NCBI GenBank assembly: GCA_017536685.1
Contig: JAFXGW010000009.1
Span: forward strand, 15,660-79,659
Source: Clostridia bacterium
GTDB lineage: Bacteria > Bacillota > Clostridia > TANB77 > CAG-508
Length of the DNA: 64,000 nucleotides
Reading direction: 5' to 3'
Position 1 is the first letter of the stretch, and every line of letters begins with the position of its first letter. Positions 1 through 8,785 of the stretch are shown here, piece after piece. Below the pieces are notes generated by a model. The model saw nothing but the letters and a program-made list of their open reading frames with translations. It was not told where the DNA came from and did no database searches. The position numbers were made by a program, and so were the translations under genes.

Positions 1-702
1 AGTAGTATAGATTCTGATGATTTTTTTGAACTATCTGATAGATATACTAGTGGAAAATTAAATTTATTAGATTTCATGAACGAATTAACATATATGTGGC
101 CAGATTATACAGAGTATATTTATGGAAAGACAAATGTATACATAACATATCCGCTAAAAGGTATAGAAATTCGCATAAATTATGGTGACATAAACGGAAT
201 TTTGGTGTATAATAATAATAAGAGCAATATGTCAAAAATTAGCAGATATTTAGAAAATACAATATTTGTTGGAAGACTTCAAAAAGACTTAGTTTATGAA
301 GCTGAAAAAAGTCGTTTTGAAGTTTCAAGCAAGCTATTAAATAGATGTAGAGAATATGAAGAAACTTTAAGTGAAGCTGAGAAAAATAGAATCGGTACTA
401 GTATGAAGTATTCTATATATGCTGAAAAAGATGTGAATGGATATATATATTCTATGAAGTTCATTTCACAATTTGGAGAAGAACCTAATAGAGAATTAAA
501 TGACGGAATTTTTTCATATTTGTGGGTAAATAATGATTACTTCTTATTTTCTAAATCAGGAATTGGAGTGTATTTTTATAATTTAAATACAGGTAGGGTA
601 CAAAAGATAGATGGTCTAAGTGGAAATGAGACATATGAGCTTAAAGAATACAAAGATGGAATTTTAAAATATGATGATAAAAAAGCTATGTTACAATTTT
701 AA
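1..702 (+). CDS. hypothetical protein, 5' end lies outside the window
   Basis: The frame of the 76..702 ORF stays open back to nt 1: SSIDSDDFFELSDRYTSGKLNLLDF precedes the first Met. The gene therefore probably starts upstream of the window. Only 26 nt separate it from the next gene, and that gap carries a GAAAGGAGAG RBS. I recognise no motif. Confidence 0.6.
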   Translation, partial: SSIDSDDFFELSDRYTSGKLNLLDFMNELTYMWPDYTEYIYGKTNVYITYPLKGIEIRINYGDINGILVYNNNKSNMSKISRYLENTIFVGRLQKDLVYEAEKSRFEVSSKLLNRCREYEETLSEAEKNRIGTSMKYSIYAEKDVNGYIYSMKFISQFGEEPNRELNDGIFSYLWVNNDYFLFSKSGIGVYFYNLNTGRVQKIDGLSGNETYELKEYKDGILKYDDKKAMLQF

Positions 703-728
703 AAATTGTAACTAGAAAGGAGAGTAAC

Positions 729-3700
729 ATGAAACAATTTAAAATAGTTGTAAAAAAATTGATATTAATAGTTCTACTAATATCTATTTTAATGATGTTT
801 TTTGCTACTCCTGTATCTAATGCAAAATTAGATTTGGAAGATGGTGATTTTTACTATTCAGGAACTACAGAAGGTTCATATAAACCTAAAAATGGAAATA
901 TATTTAGTTGGTTTATAGAATCGCTTGCAGATATTGCCGATTGGATTCTGGGCATTATAACATTAGGACCAAGGATGGTATTTGTAGGGTGGACAGCTTT
1001 ATTGGAAAAATTATTGACTTGGGGAGTTGAATCAGCAAGTGGTGTTAGCGTAGATGGTACTATTGTTTCAGATCCTACAGACTTAACAGATGTAACAGAT
1101 TCGAAAAATAATATTACAGTTGAAGCGATTGTTTATAACAAAGTAGCAGCGTTAGATGCAGATATTTTTGAAACAGAATTTGATAGAACACTTTCTGCTA
1201 CAGGACATAGATTAGTATGTGAAAACTGTGAGGAATTCACTGATGATTTAGGTCTAAAAAGATATAAAGCAAAATATGCAGATGAATGCATTTCAGCAGA
1301 AAAAGCAGCTCAAATAATGGCAAATCCAGAAAGTTATGGTGATGTCGAAAGCATTTGTACATGTGCATGTGGCGGATGTGATGCTTGTAGAATATATGTT
1401 GAACAATTAAAAATAAAAGATCCAATAATATTTAGACTAAAACAATTAATTGCTACATGGTATTACATTATTAGAACTTTAGCAATGGCAGCAATGCTTG
1501 TTGTATTACTTGCAATTGGTATAAAAATGGCTATTTCTACAATTGCTTCTGATAAAGCTGTATATAAGAGAATGCTAGTAGATTGGGTGGTTGGTGTGAT
1601 AATGCTTTTCACATTACACTACTTTATGGTATTTGTAATAAGTACAAATGATATAATGATAGGTGTTATAGAAAAATCAGCTCAATCTGTAAATCAAGCT
1701 TCCTTAGAATCTGTTGCTGATGATTTAAACATGGAACTAGGTGATCTTGAATTAGCTTCAAAAGATTTAGAAATAAGAGTATATGAAGAAATTAGAACAA
1801 GAGCTTATGATGCAAAATTAACAAATGGTATCACTGGCATGATTATGTATATGGCTTTAGTATTTATGGCAATAAAATTCACTGTAATCTATGTTAAGAG
1901 ATTATTTACAATAATGATATTAACATTAATGGCACCAGGAATTGGTGTTGCTTATGCATTACAAAAAGTATTTAGTGGAAAAAGTCATGCTTTAAAAACA
2001 TGGATGACAGAATATATTATGAACGTAATTATTCAAATTGTTCATGCGTTAATATATGCAATATTTATTTCACAAGCACTAATCTTATCTTTAACAAATA
2101 TTGCTGGAATGATTTTTGCTTTAGTATTAATGAATTATACTTCAAAGGCAGAAGAAGTATTTAAGAAAATATTTAAATTTGGTGGAAAAGATAGTCTATT
2201 AGGACATACTGAAAATGCAATGGAAAGCATGAAAGAAAACTTTCAAACAACAAAAGCTATTGTTACAGGTGCTAAACCAGCAGCTAAAATTCTATCAAAT
2301 ACTCCTTATGCAAAAGCGTTAAAAGGAATTGGAAAAATGGCTGTTGCAGGAGCTGTTGTTGGAACAGCAAAGGCTAGTTCAAAGATATCTGAATTAACTG
2401 GTGGAAAAGAAGGTAGAGAAGATAGAAGATATCAAAGAAAATGGGACAAGGAATATGCAAAAATAGAAGCAGAGCATAGTTCTTATGCTACTCGTAGTGA
2501 TAGAGATGCTGAAATTGAAGAAATGCAAAGAGAAGCAACTAGAAGATTAATGCAAAAAGGTATAATTGATCCAAAAATAACAAGAGCAGCTAATGATAGA
2601 TTTTTGGAAACTCCAAGAGCTGATTATCAAGCAAAATTAGATGAAAGTAGTATTGAGCTAGAAAAAGCAAGAAAAGAATTAGAGAACAGTCCTAATGATT
2701 CTCAAGTTAGAAAAACTTATAATGAAGCAGAACAAAGACATGCTGCAGCTCAAGCTGATATAGATAAATATAACGAATTAACAGAAATTAAAACAAGTGA
2801 TATTGTAAAAGGTCGTGCTGAAAAAATATTTGATATTGAGAATGCATTTAGATTTACAAAAGTAGCAGGAAAAACAGATTTTAAAGTTAATACACAAAAT
2901 TTAAATGCAATTTCTGATGCGATATTTGGTACTGCATATTTTGATCCTAAGAAAATGAAATATGTAAGAGCAAAGGATGGTATTTATACAAGATTCTCAG
3001 CAGAAAATATGTTAGGACTTTCAAAAGATGATAAAAAAATACTAAAAGAACAAATTTTATTACCTATGGGAAAAAGTATAGGTGGTATGATATCTTTATT
3101 TGGTGGTATGGGAATGGCTGTAATGGATCCTAAAGTGGGATTACCACTATTAGCTGTCGGAATTCCAGCAACACATAGAACATTTCACAGAACCAAAGAT
3201 AATGATAAATATAAAAATAGAAAATATAAATATGTAAGACCAAGTGTAGGTGCTATAAATACTATGACGAAAGGTGCTACTGAAGAGATTTCAAAAGCAT
3301 CTAGAAGAACAATTGGGGAAAGATTAAAAGCTCGTAGAAAAGGTTTTGTAGAGAAATTTAAAAAAGGTGATGTAAAAGCGGTAACATTAGGAGTTGCTTT
3401 CGGTGCTACTTTAGGACCGGTTGCTCTTGCAACTCATACAGCGTTACATCCTGTAAAAACAGCTAAGGGTATTAAAAATTCAACAATGCAAGTAGTTAAC
3501 TGGATGAAATCAGATAAAGAACACAAAGTACAGTCAGTTAAAAATGCTGGAGTTGCTGCTACAAACTTTTCTAAAAATATTGCAAGGTCTACAGCTTCAA
3601 CAGCAAAATCAACTGGAAAATTTGTAATTGATTCTGAATATAGAAGAGAAAAATTAGGAGACGCGAAAGAAAGCGTGGTTGAATTTTCAAAAGATGTTTC

Positions 3701-6083
3701 ATATACTGCTTCTGAATATTCTTCAAGAGCAAGAAATGCAGGAACTTATGTTGGTGGTAGATTTTATAGAAAGCTTGGTATAAGTGAGAATATAGATAAT
3801 GTAGAAACACATATTTTAAATCAAAGAAGAAAATTGGAACAAGGAATTAGAGAGGATGCCATTAGAATAATGGGAATTCAATCAAGAGCAGAGATGGCTC
3901 AATTGATGGCAACCGAATTCCAAAAATTAGAAGATAGCACAAAAGCTCAGGACATTAAAGCTGCAGAAAAGTTAGGATATGTATTTAATCCTAAAACCAG
4001 AATGATGACTAGAAAAGAAAGAGTTGAAGCTAGTGATATTAGACCAATTAATACATCTAATGTTCAATTAAATCATAAAGATGTTGATCAAATCCTTGAT
4101 AAAATATTACCAAAATTTTCTCATAGAGATGTGAGGGCATCAAAAACACAAAGTGATATTATGGTTGCATTTACAAAAGAATTGAAAGAAAAGAAATATG
4201 ATGGAAAAGTAGAAGATTTATTTACAGACGGAAAAGATGGATTTACCAAAATTGTTAAAGGAAAAATTGGTAAAATTAAAGAAGTGCAACAATTAGAAGA
4301 AGAGCTAAAATCAATTTTAGGAGAAGATGATTTTAAAGTAGTTCAAGGTGTAATAGAAAAATCAGACAAAAAGCAAGATTCAACATCTATGTTAGAACAA
4401 ATTAGCTTAGCTATAGCAGCTGCAACTGCTGCTAGTGAGAATAGTGGCAATGGAGGAGATGATGCTAAAGTTGTTCCTAATAAATCTGTACCAGTTGAAG
4501 AAGTAATAGAAGCAACTGATATAAAGGAACCTGAAAAAAATCATTCAAAACCAAGTCATAAAGAGGTTGATAAAGTATTAGAAGAAGCATTAAAGATTTG
4601 TGGTATAACAGATGTAAAAAGTGAAAGCGCAAAGTCAACTATAATAGATAAATTTACTAGTTTATTACGCGAAGGTGGATACATAAAAGGTGATGAGAAA
4701 GCGGAAGATATATTTAAAGGTGGAAGAACAACACTTAGTGAAAAAATAAACAAAAAAGCAGATAGAATGAAATATGCTGAAGAGTCTGCTAACTCTTCAT
4801 CTGGAACTTCAAATGAAAATATTCCAGGAAAGAGTTCTGTTGCAACTCCTAGATCTAGTGGACAAGTTGACTCATCTAAAGATGGATCAAGAAGTGTAAG
4901 TAAAACACCGAGTGACGCAAAAGCTAGTGGTGCTGTGGATTCTTCTAAAGATGGTTCTATGACAGCAGGTGCCTCAGATCGTGGAAGTGTAGTAGATTCT
5001 AGAAAAACAGGAGATAGTGTTGTTGTATTTTCTGATGGAAGTGAAGAATCAAAAGCTAAAAATAATGCAATATCTAAATATGTAACTGCAATAACTTCTG
5101 GACCTAAAGTTGAAAAAATGAAATCTAAGGGCAGCAGAAAGAAAGTTGCGGAAGCATTAAATATGATGTTGCCTGAAAATGATGCAACTTATGGTACTGA
5201 AAGTATGCCTGAAGAACAAGATTTATCACTTGAAAAGATGTTAGAACAAGTAAAAACAAGTAAAAAGGTTACAAAAGGTGGAAGAGAAGTATCATTAAAT
5301 GATGCTGAAGCAGATACAGCAACAAAGATGTTAGAAAAATTATTGGAAATAAAAGCTGTAAATGAAATTGCTATTAAAGATGTAAGTATGAAGAGTGGTA
5401 CAAAAGAATATGTAAAACAAAGACAAAAGAAGAGTACATTAGCAATTGAAATAAATCAATTAGAAAAACAACATTTGCAATATCAACAACAAAGTGCTAA
5501 TGGAACACAAGATTTACAACAATTAGATAATGCTGGTGGTGTTCAACAAAATGGATATAGTGACTTACAAGGACAACCAAAAGCCAATAATGATGGCGGT
5601 CAAAGATTTGACGAAAATTCAGCAAAATCAGGAACAAACAATAGAAATAGTCAAGGTTATACTGGAAATCAAGGAAGACCAGGAGTAAACAATGGAAATG
5701 GTCAAGGTTATACTGGAAGTCAAGGAAGAGCAGGAGCAAACAACGGAAATGGTCAAGGTTATAATGGAAGTCAAGGAAGAGCAGGAGCAAACAACGGAAA
5801 TGGTCAAGGTTATACTGGAAGTCAAGGAAGAGCAGGAGCAAACAATAGAAATGGTCAAGGATTCACTGGCGCTGTTAAAAATTCAAATCAAAATGCTAAT
5901 TCTGCAAATCCTTATAGAGATCAAGACGCAAAAAGTATTTACAATAGAATTCAACAAAAAAATTCTGAAATAAGAAGAGTAGATCAAAGAATGAAAATGG
6001 CGGGACCAGCAGTTGATATAAATAGTATAATTAAAGATATAAATAAAGCAGCTGATGGCAGCAGGAAGGTAGGTAAAAAATAG
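729..6083 (+). CDS. giant polytopic membrane protein (1784 aa), paralog 1 of a tandem trio; possible extended VirB6/TrbL-like protein
   Basis: The ATG follows a GAAAGGAGAG RBS. The N-terminus looks like a signal peptide (LILIVLLISILMMFFATPVSNA). There are multiple hydrophobic spans. It shares conserved blocks with the next two genes: WYYIIRTLAMAAMLVVLLAIGIKMAISTIASDKAVYKRMLVDW, and GKSHALKTWMTEYIMNVIIQIVHALIYAIF. About 1200 aa of K/E-rich, S-rich and Q/N/G-repeat tail follows. Confidence 0.85.
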   Translation: MKQFKIVVKKLILIVLLISILMMFFATPVSNAKLDLEDGDFYYSGTTEGSYKPKNGNIFSWFIESLADIADWILGIITLGPRMVFVGWTALLEKLLTWGVESASGVSVDGTIVSDPTDLTDVTDSKNNITVEAIVYNKVAALDADIFETEFDRTLSATGHRLVCENCEEFTDDLGLKRYKAKYADECISAEKAAQIMANPESYGDVESICTCACGGCDACRIYVEQLKIKDPIIFRLKQLIATWYYIIRTLAMAAMLVVLLAIGIKMAISTIASDKAVYKRMLVDWVVGVIMLFTLHYFMVFVISTNDIMIGVIEKSAQSVNQASLESVADDLNMELGDLELASKDLEIRVYEEIRTRAYDAKLTNGITGMIMYMALVFMAIKFTVIYVKRLFTIMILTLMAPGIGVAYALQKVFSGKSHALKTWMTEYIMNVIIQIVHALIYAIFISQALILSLTNIAGMIFALVLMNYTSKAEEVFKKIFKFGGKDSLLGHTENAMESMKENFQTTKAIVTGAKPAAKILSNTPYAKALKGIGKMAVAGAVVGTAKASSKISELTGGKEGREDRRYQRKWDKEYAKIEAEHSSYATRSDRDAEIEEMQREATRRLMQKGIIDPKITRAANDRFLETPRADYQAKLDESSIELEKARKELENSPNDSQVRKTYNEAEQRHAAAQADIDKYNELTEIKTSDIVKGRAEKIFDIENAFRFTKVAGKTDFKVNTQNLNAISDAIFGTAYFDPKKMKYVRAKDGIYTRFSAENMLGLSKDDKKILKEQILLPMGKSIGGMISLFGGMGMAVMDPKVGLPLLAVGIPATHRTFHRTKDNDKYKNRKYKYVRPSVGAINTMTKGATEEISKASRRTIGERLKARRKGFVEKFKKGDVKAVTLGVAFGATLGPVALATHTALHPVKTAKGIKNSTMQVVNWMKSDKEHKVQSVKNAGVAATNFSKNIARSTASTAKSTGKFVIDSEYRREKLGDAKESVVEFSKDVSYTASEYSSRARNAGTYVGGRFYRKLGISENIDNVETHILNQRRKLEQGIREDAIRIMGIQSRAEMAQLMATEFQKLEDSTKAQDIKAAEKLGYVFNPKTRMMTRKERVEASDIRPINTSNVQLNHKDVDQILDKILPKFSHRDVRASKTQSDIMVAFTKELKEKKYDGKVEDLFTDGKDGFTKIVKGKIGKIKEVQQLEEELKSILGEDDFKVVQGVIEKSDKKQDSTSMLEQISLAIAAATAASENSGNGGDDAKVVPNKSVPVEEVIEATDIKEPEKNHSKPSHKEVDKVLEEALKICGITDVKSESAKSTIIDKFTSLLREGGYIKGDEKAEDIFKGGRTTLSEKINKKADRMKYAEESANSSSGTSNENIPGKSSVATPRSSGQVDSSKDGSRSVSKTPSDAKASGAVDSSKDGSMTAGASDRGSVVDSRKTGDSVVVFSDGSEESKAKNNAISKYVTAITSGPKVEKMKSKGSRKKVAEALNMMLPENDATYGTESMPEEQDLSLEKMLEQVKTSKKVTKGGREVSLNDAEADTATKMLEKLLEIKAVNEIAIKDVSMKSGTKEYVKQRQKKSTLAIEINQLEKQHLQYQQQSANGTQDLQQLDNAGGVQQNGYSDLQGQPKANNDGGQRFDENSAKSGTNNRNSQGYTGNQGRPGVNNGNGQGYTGSQGRAGANNGNGQGYNGSQGRAGANNGNGQGYTGSQGRAGANNRNGQGFTGAVKNSNQNANSANPYRDQDAKSIYNRIQQKNSEIRRVDQRMKMAGPAVDINSIIKDINKAADGSRKVGKK
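5634..5872 (+). repeat. in-frame 51-bp (17-aa) tandem repeat, about 4.5 copies, unit NNGNGQGYTGSQGRAGA
   Basis: Near-identical units are visible in both DNA and protein: GRPGVNNGNGQGYTGSQGRAGANNGNGQGYNGSQGRAGANNGNGQGYTGSQGRAGANNRNGQGF. Confidence 0.9.
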
Positions 6084-8785
6084 TGAAAAAAATACTGAAA
6101 AAATTTTTGATATGCATACTAATTTTAGTAACTTTAAATAATTTTTTCATATCAAATATAACTTATGCTGCAGAGAATCCAATTATAGCGGCTATTGGAG
6201 ATCAATTAGAAGACTTATTAGGGACTGTAATAGGACTTTTGGCTGCTATTCCTAAGCTAGTTGTGCTACCATTATCCTATGGGGCACAGATGTTAATGGC
6301 AGGTGTTGCGTATTCACAAGGAACTTCAGATGCTGAAGGAAACATATCAACTGGAGTTGTTTCACTAGGAGATAGACTATTTCTTACTCCGTTTGATATA
6401 ATTTTTAATCAAGTAGCTTTAGTAGATGTAAATATATTCAACATACCAAGTCAATTGGGCGCGATTAGAAATATAAGAGTAGCTGTAGCTGGATGGTATT
6501 ATGTAATGAGAAATATAGCCGCAACTATATTGTTATGTGTGCTTATATATGTTGGAATTAGGATGGCTATATCAACAATTGCATCTGATAAAGCTGCTTA
6601 CAAAAAAATGTTAATAGATTGGTGTGTTAGTTTAGCTTTAATATTCTTATTACAATATATAATTGTATTTACTTTTGGAGTAAATTCTGCTTTTATAAAA
6701 TCTTTAGCAGAAACAAGAGATGTAACAGCTTTAGATGAAGCTACGAAAGATTTATTTCTTACAGCAGTTGGACATGATTTGAATTCAGTTGCAGCCACTG
6801 TAGTAATTTGTATGCTAACTTGGCAAACATTTTCTCTACTTATATCATATATACAACGTATGCTTAAAGTTTCGTTTTTAGTTATAATTTCACCTCTTAT
6901 AACATTAACATATTCAATTGATAAAATGGGAGATGGAAAAGCGCAAGCATTAAATACGTGGCTTAAAGAGTTTGTGTATACAGTACTATTGCAACCATTT
7001 CATTGCATAATATATATGGTTTTTGTAGGAATGGCAATAAAATTGATGGGTGGAGTTGGAATATTAGGTTTTGGAGAAATTGATGATAATAATCTTGCAG
7101 CAATGATTCTAATTATATTATGTATTCACTTCACAAAAGAAGCTGAAAAATTATTAGGAAAAATATTTAATTTCAATGATAGTGTATCTGGTGCATCTTT
7201 AGCAACTGGTATGGGAGCAGCTATGATTTTAACATCACAAGCAAAAAATATTGGTAAAGGAGCAAGAACATTAGTTAACGGAGCAAAGAATTTTGCAGCA
7301 TCTAAGCCACTAAGAAATGCTAGAGTTGAATTGGCAACTCTTGGAGCTATTATGCATGGAAAATCAATTGAAGACGCAAAAGCTTCTGCAGAGGAAAAGA
7401 TTAGTGCTCAAGATGCTAAAGTTAAAAACTTTGCTACAAATACAGGCAATACAATTAAGAGGGTAACGGGATATACAGCTGTAAAAGGTGCTTTAAATTC
7501 AGCAAAAGAGAAAGCAACAACTAAAGGAAAAGAAAAGGCAAGAAATAATGCTATTGAAAAAGAAACTCAAAAAATAATGGCAGCTGGTGCTGGAGAAGAA
7601 GCAGCTAGAAAAGAAGCAACTAGAAGAGTTGATGAAAGAACTGAAAAGAAAAATCAAAGAAAACAAAATATAAAAAATGCTAGAACATTTATATCTCAAA
7701 GTAAAACTGCAAATATGCTAACAAAACAAGTATTACCAGCAATGGTTTCTACTGGTGTAGGAGTATTTGTAGGAGCGGGAAGTTTTGGTCTTGGTGGAAA
7801 TGCAGTACAATCAATTATGTTAGGTTCTGGTACATATAAAGGTTCGCAAGAATTCTTTAAAACTAGTTCAAAGAATGTTTCTCAAAATACAGCTGCTTTA
7901 ATTCAAGGGGCTGGAGCACAAGATGAGTCACAAGGTAGAGAAAAAATTGAAGAAGTATTAGAACGTTCTGAGGAATTTGAAAAAGCATCAGAAGAGATAG
8001 ATAAAATTTATGCTGAAATACAAGCAGCATTGGGCGAATTAGATGGAGAGGATTCAAAAAAATTAAAGAGTAGAATTAAAAATGTTGTAGATAAACAAAT
8101 TTTAGAAAATCCTTCATCTAATAATGCTCAAATTATAGATACCCTTGCTAATGATGATAAAATACAAGGGATACTTCAAAATAATAACCAATCTGTAGAT
8201 AATTTTAGGGGATTAGAATCTTTAGATAAATTAATAGGATTTCAAAGAGATGCGAAAATATACGAAAACTTTACAACAGTGGGAACATGGGGATTGTCAA
8301 ATGATGCGATGATTGAAGAAACAATGAGGAAATTTACTGCAAATGCATCTACTCAACCAGTACAAACAGATGCATCACAAGATGGAAATTCTACTCAAAT
8401 GCCATCAAATCCACCGACTACTCCTAACCAAGGTGATGAAGAACAAGTGGATGATTCTAGAGAGGATGATTCTATTGTTGAAGTAGATGAACTTTCTCCT
8501 GAAGATAAAAAAGAATTTGAAAAGCGTATACAAGAAGCTACTAAAGAACAAAATGCGGAAATTGCGTTTTCTATGAATGAAGCTGATAGAATTTGGAATG
8601 AAAACCCAAATTTAACACCAAATGATGTTATAAAAGAACTTAGAAGGCTTAGAAATGATAATACAGAACAAAAAGAAACAATTGAGTATTTAGAAAAGAT
8701 TATAAAACAAATGGGAAATAAAGATAGTTTCTCTCAATTACATCAAAAATATAAATCTAAAATTAATTATGGAGGAAAAGCATAG
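6083..8785 (+). CDS. polytopic membrane protein (900 aa), paralog 2 of the trio
   Basis: The GTG start overlaps the upstream TAG stop (ATAGTGAAAAAAA). It has a signal-peptide-like N-terminus (LICILILVTLNNFFISNITYA). Conserved blocks are WYYVMRNIAATILLCVLIYVGIRMAISTIASDKAAYKKMLIDW and ISPLITLTYSIDKMGDGKAQALNTWLKEFVYTVLLQPFHCIIYMVF. The C-terminal half is charged and coiled-coil-like. Confidence 0.85.
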   Translation: MKKILKKFLICILILVTLNNFFISNITYAAENPIIAAIGDQLEDLLGTVIGLLAAIPKLVVLPLSYGAQMLMAGVAYSQGTSDAEGNISTGVVSLGDRLFLTPFDIIFNQVALVDVNIFNIPSQLGAIRNIRVAVAGWYYVMRNIAATILLCVLIYVGIRMAISTIASDKAAYKKMLIDWCVSLALIFLLQYIIVFTFGVNSAFIKSLAETRDVTALDEATKDLFLTAVGHDLNSVAATVVICMLTWQTFSLLISYIQRMLKVSFLVIISPLITLTYSIDKMGDGKAQALNTWLKEFVYTVLLQPFHCIIYMVFVGMAIKLMGGVGILGFGEIDDNNLAAMILIILCIHFTKEAEKLLGKIFNFNDSVSGASLATGMGAAMILTSQAKNIGKGARTLVNGAKNFAASKPLRNARVELATLGAIMHGKSIEDAKASAEEKISAQDAKVKNFATNTGNTIKRVTGYTAVKGALNSAKEKATTKGKEKARNNAIEKETQKIMAAGAGEEAARKEATRRVDERTEKKNQRKQNIKNARTFISQSKTANMLTKQVLPAMVSTGVGVFVGAGSFGLGGNAVQSIMLGSGTYKGSQEFFKTSSKNVSQNTAALIQGAGAQDESQGREKIEEVLERSEEFEKASEEIDKIYAEIQAALGELDGEDSKKLKSRIKNVVDKQILENPSSNNAQIIDTLANDDKIQGILQNNNQSVDNFRGLESLDKLIGFQRDAKIYENFTTVGTWGLSNDAMIEETMRKFTANASTQPVQTDASQDGNSTQMPSNPPTTPNQGDEEQVDDSREDDSIVEVDELSPEDKKEFEKRIQEATKEQNAEIAFSMNEADRIWNENPNLTPNDVIKELRRLRNDNTEQKETIEYLEKIIKQMGNKDSFSQLHQKYKSKINYGGKA

